DNA of 64,000 bases, taken from assembly GCA_000092065.1 (NCBI GenBank), contig CP000586.1, one strand, 5' to 3'. Shown piece after piece: positions 56,806 to 64,000 of this stretch. Under the pieces are notes generated by a model. It worked only from the letters and a program-made list of their open reading frames with translations, did no database searches and was not told the origin of the DNA. The DNA is from Ostreococcus lucimarinus (Eukaryota). Made by a program: the position numbers and the translations under genes. How positions within the stretch are numbered: the stretch's first letter is position 1; each line of letters starts with the position of its first letter.

Positions 56806-59397
56806 TCACCGCGCGTCGTTCGCGGCGCGGCGCGAGCGCAGACAGCGGACGTGGCGCATCGTCGGGCGGCCGTGCGGGCAGTTCCACGGCGCGTCGAGCG
56901 CGCCGAGGTTGCGCAAGACTCGGCGCATCGAACGCGCGTCCAGGGCGTCGCCGATCATGATGGACGAGCGACAGGCCTTCATGGCGAGCGCGGCGCGGGT
57001 TTTGGAGGGGCGGAGCACGCGCGGTGAGGCGTCCCGTCGCGACCGCGCGGCGGCGGCGTCCTCTCGCGCGAGGCCGATGGAGAGTTGGCTCTTGGAGGGA
57101 AGAGAATGTTGGCCTTGGTCGAGCATGGACACGAGCTCTTGGACGTCGGACTTGTCGAACGCGACGTTCTTGAGAAATGGAACCGCGTTCAGTCGCAGCG
57201 CGCCGCATCTCGCCGTGGGATCGATGGAGGAGTTGTTCATGTCCGCGCCGGGAACGGTCTCGGCGACGTCGCAAAACCCAAAGCCATTTTGCAAGAATAC
57301 GGGCATGTTTTGCAACACCGTCTGTTCCTCGCTCGCGGTCAAGTCGAGCGGAACCGGGTGTATGAGCGGCTGCCGCGTCAGTGTCGATGTGCGTTGCAAG
57401 CGCTCAAAGTTGTAAATCTCGTCGCTCGCGTGCTGGTCGACGATGAACAAGTCGTCGCCGAGCACGGCGAGGATGAAACCAAGATTGAACTGGCCCACGA
57501 TTCGCATTTTGGCGAAATCGGCTTTGTTGAACACGCGCTCAAGTTCGCTCGCCGCCGCCGCGTGCGTCGCGTGAGACGGTTCCGTTTCGCCATCCACGGC
57601 GGGAATTCGCGCGGCGGCGAACGCGATTTCCGACTTCGATTTGGACGCTTCGTCCACCGTCGTGACGACCTCGCTGCGCACGTTTCGCCTTCGCGCACGC
57701 ATCGTCTCCATCGAAAACGCCAAAGCGCCGCCACTGGAGTCTTCGCGCGTTGAATCTGGTCCTCGAGGTTCTTCCACCACTGCGGCGACCACGACGTCGT
57801 CAAACGTCACTTGCTCGTGTCCCACGTTGGCGCGTTCGTCCTCGGTATCGGGTTCTTTCGTTCGCGTGTCGTCGGATTGACTGTCCCCAACCTTTGGTTT
57901 CTTTACGACGTCTTCCTCGAACGCGACAATCGCCGGAGCATCGCGCATCTCGGTCTCGCCGCCTGCGCCGTCCGCCGTGGCCATCGTCCAACCGCCACCG
58001 ATTGCCACCGCCGTGGTTTCGCGCGTGAAGCCGAAATTTTGTAAACCCTTCTGCGCAGAGCTCGCGTCACGCTTCTTTCCTCTTCCACGAGTATCGTTCG
58101 CGGCAGGCTCCTTTGCCGTGAGCAAGAGTGTTTCAAATGTTTCTTCGTCCATGCACTCGGTTGGCGTCAACTCTTCGTCGTCGTGCTCATCCTCCATAAC
58201 GTCGTCACCGTCATCGCCTTCAAACGATGTCGAAAGTGAGGGACGTTTCTTCGTGTTACTTAGTGGCGCCTGCGATACGGCGTACGTGTATCGACTCGGC
58301 GCGAATGCCTCCGTGAGCTTTTCCTTCATCTTGGTTAGCAATTCTTGCTCTTGGTGTAGCATCACTTTGCGCTTGTCTGGCGTCACATTCACGTCATACG
58401 AGTCCGTGGGGAGTTGAACGTCTAACACCGCCATGGGCGCTTGGTTGGGGTTAAACGAACGGTAAGTCTCGTTAAGAACCTTGGCCACACGCGGTAAATC
58501 CACCGGTCTGCCGTTGACGTAATAAAATTGCCTATCCGTGCCCGCGCGACCACATCCATTTTGCGCCTTGGAGACGTACCCAACGATGCGACACGTCAAC
58601 GATGACGACCCATCACCATCGGCATCACTCAAATCAAAGTCGATTTCTTGCATCGCCGCGACCATCTTCGCGCCGAACACAGTCACGACGTTTTCCCGCA
58701 CTGACGCTTCCTCGCCCCCGCGCGTGTGCAACACATTCGTCCGTCCGTACTTTCCGCTCTGATGCGTGCACAATATCCTCACTGACTTCGACATCAACGC
58801 ATACGCCTGCACGACGTGCAACGCTCTCCCGTACTCGCGCTTCACGTTTCTCAAAAATTCCTTCCTCCGCACCGCGAGCGGCTCGAACAACCGACACACC
58901 GTCGCCGTCGTCCCCACTGATCTCGGCACCACACTCTCGCTCACGATCGCCCCCTTCGCGTCGTACACGATTTTCGTCCCACTCGCATCGTCTGCCGTCC
59001 GCGTGGTGACGCTAAACTCCCCCGATATCCCACATAAACTCGACAGCGCCTCGCCGCGAAATCCAAACGTTCGCAGCGTCTCCAAGTCTTCGAACGCCTT
59101 CAACTTGCTCGTCGCGTACTTGGTCGTCAGCGCCTCGAACGACGCCTTGGGCACGCCCGAGCCGTTATCGGACACTTCGACGACGTCCGCGCCGTGGTCT
59201 TTCAGTCGAATCTCCACGTTCGTCGCGCCGGCGTCCAGCGCGTTTTCGACGAGCTCCTTGACGCAGCTCGCGAGGCTGAGGACGACTTGGCCGGAGCATA
59301 TACGATGCACGACGACGTCGTCGATTCGTTTGATGCCTCGCGGGGGCGCGCTCGATGGGTTTTCGTCCATCGGCGGCGCGTCGGCGGCGCGCGACAT
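56806..59397 (-). CDS. PMS1: DNA mismatch repair MutL homologue, PMS1/PMS2 type (MutL-alpha endonuclease subunit)
   Basis: GHKL ATPase N-terminus (VVHRICSGQVVLSLASCVKELVENALDAGAT, SDNGSGV). The C-terminal dimerisation domain carries the endonuclease motif DQHASDEIYNFE and CPHGRP. The start is at the ATG near 59397, alternatively 59370. Confidence 0.85.
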   Translation of the reverse strand: MSRAADAPPMDENPSSAPPRGIKRIDDVVVHRICSGQVVLSLASCVKELVENALDAGATNVEIRLKDHGADVVEVSDNGSGVPKASFEALTTKYATSKLKAFEDLETLRTFGFRGEALSSLCGISGEFSVTTRTADDASGTKIVYDAKGAIVSESVVPRSVGTTATVCRLFEPLAVRRKEFLRNVKREYGRALHVVQAYALMSKSVRILCTHQSGKYGRTNVLHTRGGEEASVRENVVTVFGAKMVAAMQEIDFDLSDADGDGSSSLTCRIVGYVSKAQNGCGRAGTDRQFYYVNGRPVDLPRVAKVLNETYRSFNPNQAPMAVLDVQLPTDSYDVNVTPDKRKVMLHQEQELLTKMKEKLTEAFAPSRYTYAVSQAPLSNTKKRPSLSTSFEGDDGDDVMEDEHDDEELTPTECMDEETFETLLLTAKEPAANDTRGRGKKRDASSAQKGLQNFGFTRETTAVAIGGGWTMATADGAGGETEMRDAPAIVAFEEDVVKKPKVGDSQSDDTRTKEPDTEDERANVGHEQVTFDDVVVAAVVEEPRGPDSTREDSSGGALAFSMETMRARRRNVRSEVVTTVDEASKSKSEIAFAAARIPAVDGETEPSHATHAAAASELERVFNKADFAKMRIVGQFNLGFILAVLGDDLFIVDQHASDEIYNFERLQRTSTLTRQPLIHPVPLDLTASEEQTVLQNMPVFLQNGFGFCDVAETVPGADMNNSSIDPTARCGALRLNAVPFLKNVAFDKSDVQELVSMLDQGQHSLPSKSQLSIGLAREDAAAARSRRDASPRVLRPSKTRAALAMKACRSSIMIGDALDARSMRRVLRNLGALDAPWNCPHGRPTMRHVRCLRSRRAANDAR

Positions 59398-59524
59398 CGC
59401 GCGCGACGCGCGCGAGGGGCGATGTGTGGCGCCCAGCGCCAGCTGGGATGGATTCAAACGCGAGCGGGACGACGAGCGGGACGCGGGTGGTGATGCTTGT
59501 ATATTGTATCGTCGCGAGGCTAAG

Positions 59525-61075
59525 CTACTTTCGACGCCTGTTCGTGGCGACGTGACGACGTTCGTTCGGGTTGCGACGGACGTCGCCGCCGCCGATTTCG
59601 TACGCCGTCTTCTGACTGGCGAAGTGCTTGGCGTCGGCGTACGATTCCTCGTTGTACTCGGCGGCGAAGACGTCTTCGCCTACTTGTTTCTTAGTCAGCC
59701 GCACGCTCATGAGTTGGTCTTCGCGTAAGATTATTTTCTTTGCGTTGCGACCACCCTTGGGCGCGGGCAAGGTGTACTTGCTGCCGCGTAAAACAAACTT
59801 TTTACGAACGCCGAATTGTTCGACGCCGTCGCGAGTGACGGTGTGCTCGACTTTTTGCAACGTTTGATTGCCGCACTTGGGACAAAACATACGAGTGAGA
59901 TTGCGGGTGATTTCGTTGCACGCGTGGCAGCGAAGAACCCATCGCCGTAGGTGCTCGATGCGCATGCCGTCGGGCGCGACGAGTTTAAGGCCCATCTGCA
60001 GAATGACGTTTTGCATGGCGTAATCAGCCGTTACGGAGGAGACGCACGATTCGAGTTCGACTTCCTCGTCGTCGTCGCTACGAGTGGACGCGTCGTCGTC
60101 CTCTTCCTCCTCCACATTCGCCTCGATTTCACCACGAGAGGTGAAGAAGTCCGTCGCTCGTTTGCTTTGCTCTTCGAGTTCCTCGGGCGTGGCTCCCTCA
60201 ACTTCCGCGTTCGCCGTCGCTCGACGTTCGGCTTCCTCCGCCGCTAAACGCGCGCGCTCCTCTCGCTTTTGGCGACGCACGCGCGTCGTTCGACAAATGA
60301 CCGGCGCCCATTCGTCGGTATCGCCCTCGACGTCCTTAACTATATGTTCCTGCGCCACCAACGCCTCCGCAGCCTTCTCCTTCAACGCTCGCACGCGTTC
60401 CTCCTCGGCGGCGCGTCGTTCCCTCGCCACCGCCGTCTCCGCCTCGCGCTCCTTTCGCAATTCCTCCTCCGCCGCCTGCTCGATCGAAACCTTGGCCATC
60501 TTTTCCCGCATCTCGCGTTCGGCTTCCTCCTGGAGCTTATTCATATCGTCCAACTCCGCCCAATCGTCCGCGTTCGGCACGTAATCCCATCCCGGCTGCT
60601 TCTCGAACCGATTCGTCTTTTTAGCGTGCGTCCTCGGCGGCGCCGGCTCCGTCCTCAAATGTTCCACCCCGTGACATCTTCCCTCCAAGTCATACGCCAG
60701 CGCGATGAGCTTCATGTCTACCCTCGACAGCGCGTGCACGTCTCCGGTCTTACTCGCGAACCGTTTCACCGCTTCGATCGCTTCTTCGCTCGGTTCGGCG
60801 ACTTCGAGCGCGCCCGCGCTCGCCGCCACCGCGTCTCGTCCCTTGGCGTCCCGAATCTCATCCAGCACCTCCGCGATCGTCACGCACAGCACGTTCGGGT
60901 CGGTCAGCGCGTAGCCCTTGAACACGGCGTTGGCGTCGACGACCGCCTTCAGCGTCGCGGCGTCGCGCAGTTTGCTCTCGAGCGTCGCCTCAGCCGCCGC
61001 CGCCGCGGACGCTTCGGCGGCGTCGACCGGCGCCGGTGCGGGATCGTCGCGCACGATTTTGGACCACGCGGACAT
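59525..61075 (-). CDS. NOB1: NOB1 (PIN-domain endonuclease for 18S rRNA 3'-end maturation) with a C-terminal zinc ribbon
   Basis: N-terminal PIN domain (VVDANAVFKG). Long acidic insert. NOB1 zinc ribbon LRCHACNEITRNLTRMFCPKCGN. Confidence 0.85.
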   Translation of the reverse strand: MSAWSKIVRDDPAPAPVDAAEASAAAAAEATLESKLRDAATLKAVVDANAVFKGYALTDPNVLCVTIAEVLDEIRDAKGRDAVAASAGALEVAEPSEEAIEAVKRFASKTGDVHALSRVDMKLIALAYDLEGRCHGVEHLRTEPAPPRTHAKKTNRFEKQPGWDYVPNADDWAELDDMNKLQEEAEREMREKMAKVSIEQAAEEELRKEREAETAVARERRAAEEERVRALKEKAAEALVAQEHIVKDVEGDTDEWAPVICRTTRVRRQKREERARLAAEEAERRATANAEVEGATPEELEEQSKRATDFFTSRGEIEANVEEEEDDDASTRSDDDEEVELESCVSSVTADYAMQNVILQMGLKLVAPDGMRIEHLRRWVLRCHACNEITRNLTRMFCPKCGNQTLQKVEHTVTRDGVEQFGVRKKFVLRGSKYTLPAPKGGRNAKKIILREDQLMSVRLTKKQVGEDVFAAEYNEESYADAKHFASQKTAYEIGGGDVRRNPNERRHVATNRRRK

Positions 61076-61258
61076 GGCGTCGACGCGGCGTCGACGCGCG
61101 CGACGTCGAGCCGCGCGCGATGGGCGAAGGACGCGCGAGGCGAAGTGGCGTCGGCCGGGCGAGGGAGGCGCGCGGGACGCGCGAACGCGGGACGAGCGAC
61201 GGTGAAAGCGTCGGAGGTTTGGATTACAAAACGAAAGACGCGTGATGGTAATGTGCTA

Positions 61259-62650
61259 TTATTCGCTGAGCTCGGTGCCGGCCTGAATGGACCCCCAGCC
61301 GATCAAGCGCCAATGCTTCTCGACGCGACGACTCAACGCGACTTTTTCGCCAACCTTGGTGCACACGGGCGACGTGAGCTGAAGCTTGGCGAGATCCGAC
61401 TTGACGGCGACGACGCGCGCGCCGGTGCACATGGAACCTATGTTCAACATCAAAACTTCGCTCTTGGCGAGCTTCGATACCTTCCCTTGGCGCTCGCTGC
61501 CTTGGGTGCGAACGCCGAGGAGACGACGGAGGAGGAAAAAGTTGACTTCGAGTTCGGTGAAAACCTCGGGGAGCTTGCCGACTTCGCCGAGCACTTGACC
61601 GACGAGGCGATCGGCGCGCGTGAGCGTCGGGTCGCACGTCGTACCGACGCCGATTAAACCACCCGGGACGGCGTACTGAAGCAGGTTTTGCTCCGCAAAC
61701 AGCGAAACGATGCGAGTCATGATGGGCTTGCACTGAATTTTCCCATCCGCGTCCTTGGTGACGATGCCGGGGCGAACCTCGATGTCTTGACCAACCTTCA
61801 ACACGCCTTGGAGAATCGATCCACCGGCGACGCCGCCTTGAATTTCTTCAACCTCTGCGCCGGGTTTGTTCACGTCGAACGATCGAATGACGATCATGTT
61901 CGGCGGGGAGATGAAATTCCTCTCCGGCACCGGAATCTTTTTGATGATGTACTCGCACACGACGTCGATGTTGTACTTTAACTGCGCCGAGATCGGAATC
62001 ACGGGCGCACCATCCGCGATCGTGCCTTGAATGAATTTGCAGATCGTATCGTACTGGTTCGCCGCCGCGTTCTCTTGCACCAAATCAATCTTATTTTGCA
62101 AAATGATGATGTGCTTCAGTCGCATAATCTCCACCGCCGCCAAGTGCTCGCTCGTCTGCGGCTGCGGACACGTCTCGTTCCCGGCGATCAACAACAACGC
62201 CCCATCCATCACGGCCGCCCCGTTCAACATGGTCGCCATCAAAATATCGTGTCCAGGGCAATCCACAAACGACACGTGTCGCACCAACTGCATCTTTTTA
62301 TCCTCGAATCCCTTCACCTCGCACGCCGGCGCGTCCTCCTTCGTCGACGAGTACGCTCGATAGCAATCCGGTCTCGGGCATTTCTCATCCTCGCACTTGT
62401 ATATCTTCGCGTTCGCGTATCCTAGCTTAATCGTAATGTTTCTCTCCAGCTCATTCTTAAACCGCACCGTCTGCACGCCGGAGATCGCCTTCACCACCGT
62501 CGATTTCCCGTGCGCGACGTGTCCGATGGTGCCGATGTTGATGGTGGCTTGCCTCGAGATCACCTCCGGCGACAGCGGCGTCAGCGACCCGACGTCCAGC
62601 GTCGCCAGGTCTTGCACGCTCAATCCATCGTCACCGCACGCGTACACCAT
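61259..62650 (-). CDS. EIF2S3: translation initiation factor eIF2 gamma subunit
   Basis: [32 protein letters not shown], zinc-ribbon Cys motif, domains II and III. The ORF-track extension to 63169 is a non-ATG R-rich artefact. The ATG giving [15 protein letters not shown] is at about 62650 (464 aa). Confidence 0.9.
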   Translation of the reverse strand: MVYACGDDGLSVQDLATLDVGSLTPLSPEVISRQATINIGTIGHVAHGKSTVVKAISGVQTVRFKNELERNITIKLGYANAKIYKCEDEKCPRPDCYRAYSSTKEDAPACEVKGFEDKKMQLVRHVSFVDCPGHDILMATMLNGAAVMDGALLLIAGNETCPQPQTSEHLAAVEIMRLKHIIILQNKIDLVQENAAANQYDTICKFIQGTIADGAPVIPISAQLKYNIDVVCEYIIKKIPVPERNFISPPNMIVIRSFDVNKPGAEVEEIQGGVAGGSILQGVLKVGQDIEVRPGIVTKDADGKIQCKPIMTRIVSLFAEQNLLQYAVPGGLIGVGTTCDPTLTRADRLVGQVLGEVGKLPEVFTELEVNFFLLRRLLGVRTQGSERQGKVSKLAKSEVLMLNIGSMCTGARVVAVKSDLAKLQLTSPVCTKVGEKVALSRRVEKHWRLIGWGSIQAGTELSE

Positions 62651-62987
62651 CGCGCTTTCGAGCGCTTCAGCGCGCGCTCGCGCGTCCTCGCGCGTCGACC
62701 GATCGGAAACCCTCGCGTCGCCCCGCGCGCGTCCTTCGCCGCGCCTCGCGTCGCTCTTCGCGCGTCGCCGAGACGACCCGCGCGCTGCACCGCGTCCGTC
62801 TCGCGTCGGCGGTCGCGTCCGTCGCGCGTCGTCGAGCGCGTCGCGGTGTGCGCGCGACGCGCGACGACGACGACGCGCGGCGTCAAAACGAACCGCGCGA
62901 TCGACGCGACGCGGCGAGCGTCGACGCGCGCGCGCTCGAGCGCGACGGCCGACGCGGCGACGCGCGCGTCCGACGCGCCGCGCGCGA

Positions 62988-64000
62988 ATGCCGGCGAAAC
63001 GCGCGCGCGAGGCGGCGTCGCGAGGCGATGCGGCGTCGAACGACGACGCGAATCTCGCGCGGGCGATCGCCGGCGCGCGCGCGGCGTCGCTCGCGCGACG
63101 GGAAACGACGTGGACGGACGAACGATGCGACGGCGCGGCGGCGCCGGGCGCGAGGCGCACGGAGATCAACTTTCCGGGGTCGAGGGAGGAGTACGAGGAA
63201 TTGCTGCTGACGCTCGGCGACGGCGACGCGGCGAGACGCGCGGCGAATGTCGAGAAAAAATTGCGCGCGCGCGAGGGCGAAGCGGGAGAGGACGACGCGG
63301 ACGACGCGTGGACGGTGGCGGCGGTGATCGTGCCGGAGAATGGGCGCGCGGGCGAGGAGGGGGGGGGGGAGGGCGCGGCGCGCGACGGGAGGTGGGTGCA
63401 GTCGCACGACGCGGAGAGCGACGCGTTTTATTATTTTCACTCGGTGACGCACGAGACGACGTGGGAACGGCCGAGTGGGGTGGAGATCGTGCCGGACGAG
63501 ACGGCGGCGGCGAAGATGGCGGCGGAGGCGAAGGCGAAGGAGACGAAGGCGAAGGAGGCGCGAGAACGCGCGTTCGCGGAAGCGCGCGCGGACGCCGACG
63601 TCACGACCGACGCGTTGGACGCGTTGAAGAAGCACACGTCCGTGGACGTCGCGCGCGTCAAGTTGCCGGGACTGAAGAGTTGGTATTACGAAGATGATTC
63701 GGGGAATTGGCAGGGGCCGTTCGCCGCGACCGAGTTGATGGCGTGGCGAGCGATGCTTCCCATGGAGCTTCGTCTCTTCGAGCACGGTGACGAAGAGGCC
63801 GAGACGACGCTCGCGAATGTGCTCGGTGACGCGCCCCTGCTCGCGCAGTGCGCCGCGCTCGGGGTTGTTTTACCCCCGCGGTCGACGGCGGCGCACGCCC
63901 AAGCCGCGCTTCGCGAGGCCAAGGGCTCGGCGGCGCTTCCAGAGGACGAAGCAGAAGAGGAGCCTCGAGCGCGAAACGATTGGGAACGGGCCGTCATGGA
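62988..64000 (+). CDS. WW-domain plus GYF-domain protein, 3'-partial (runs off the window)
   Basis: Open frame with no stop to the window end. WW domain [32 protein letters not shown]-like [27 protein letters not shown]. In-frame ATG at about 62988, 338 bp from the divergent eIF2-gamma start. Not listed in the ORF track because it lacks a stop. Confidence 0.55.
   Translation, partial: MPAKRAREAASRGDAASNDDANLARAIAGARAASLARRETTWTDERCDGAAAPGARRTEINFPGSREEYEELLLTLGDGDAARRAANVEKKLRAREGEAGEDDADDAWTVAAVIVPENGRAGEEGGGEGAARDGRWVQSHDAESDAFYYFHSVTHETTWERPSGVEIVPDETAAAKMAAEAKAKETKAKEARERAFAEARADADVTTDALDALKKHTSVDVARVKLPGLKSWYYEDDSGNWQGPFAATELMAWRAMLPMELRLFEHGDEEAETTLANVLGDAPLLAQCAALGVVLPPRSTAAHAQAALREAKGSAALPEDEAEEEPRARNDWERAVM

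Noticed and set aside
55087-57274. Long minus-strand ORF extensions around the CCCH gene (55087-56187 and the 57274 upstream extension)
   Set aside because: Only the segment from the ATG at about 56611 to 55907 has domain content (KEKKE repeats and CCCH fingers). The rest is Arg-rich, runs into the PMS1 gene, or is 3'UTR.
60269-63785. Plus and minus R-rich ORFs overlapping NOB1 and eIF2-gamma (60269-61657 +, 62510-63697 +, 62883-63785 -)
   Set aside because: Shadow ORFs. The conserved NOB1 and eIF2-gamma frames and the WW/GYF frame account for the region.
1-64000. Search for tRNA, rRNA, operons, phage or plasmid features
   Set aside because: No cloverleaf-like or rDNA-like segments were seen in the few intergenic regions longer than 300 bp. 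Gene structure is eukaryotic, with introns, poly(A) signals and targeting peptides, so prokaryotic feature classes do not apply.

Overview
This 64 kb window is nuclear DNA from a GC-rich (about 65-67%) green alga, most plausibly a prasinophyte of the Micromonas type. It is not a prokaryotic locus. The basis for that call: conserved eukaryotic housekeeping genes, TGTAA-type poly(A) signals shortly after most stop codons, and spliceosomal introns with GTGCGT/GTACGT donors and CTGAC branch points. Several plastid-type proteins with R/A/S-rich presequences also point the same way.

I count about 39 protein-coding genes on both strands, roughly one per 1.6 kb. Most are single-exon. I could define introns in only two genes: the U4/U6 factor PRP3 (3 exons) and proteasome lid subunit RPN8 (2 exons).

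Confidently recognised genes are a DNMT2/TRDMT1 tRNA m5C methyltransferase, an SnRK1/AMPK kinase, NADP-malic enzyme, EMC10, LepA/GUF1, ATG3, FGAM synthase, a TatD nuclease, a DDX54/Dbp10 helicase, RPN8, an XRN 5'-3' exoribonuclease, a threonine-synthase-like protein, a CDPK, a PMS1-type MutL homologue, NOB1 and eIF2-gamma. There are also a rubredoxin-domain membrane protein, an MFS transporter, a KH-domain protein, a DnaJ protein, a hexapeptide acetyltransferase and a CCCH zinc-finger protein. Several further genes have no assignable function.

I found no rRNA, tRNA, CRISPR array or transposon. The many long Arg/Gly/Ala-rich ORFs antisense to real genes are GC-driven shadow ORFs.

The main unexplained structure is regulatory rather than a gene system. 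A 15-nt motif, ACTGTTTAC(C/G)CATAC, recurs in the same orientation in three separate divergent promoters, once inside a 70-bp tandem duplication. Some gene pairs have start codons only 23-33 bp apart. Three same-strand gene pairs are separated by 90 bp or less, which makes them candidate bicistronic units. One long AT-rich intron could host a ncRNA. There is also a 21-aa lysine/alanine tandem-repeat protein with a conserved C-terminal domain.

Coordinates for start codons and splice junctions were derived by arithmetic from the ORF track plus reading the printed sequence, and may be off by 1-2 nt. Several ORF-track starts are non-ATG (GTG/TTG) and were trimmed to the first plausible in-frame ATG.
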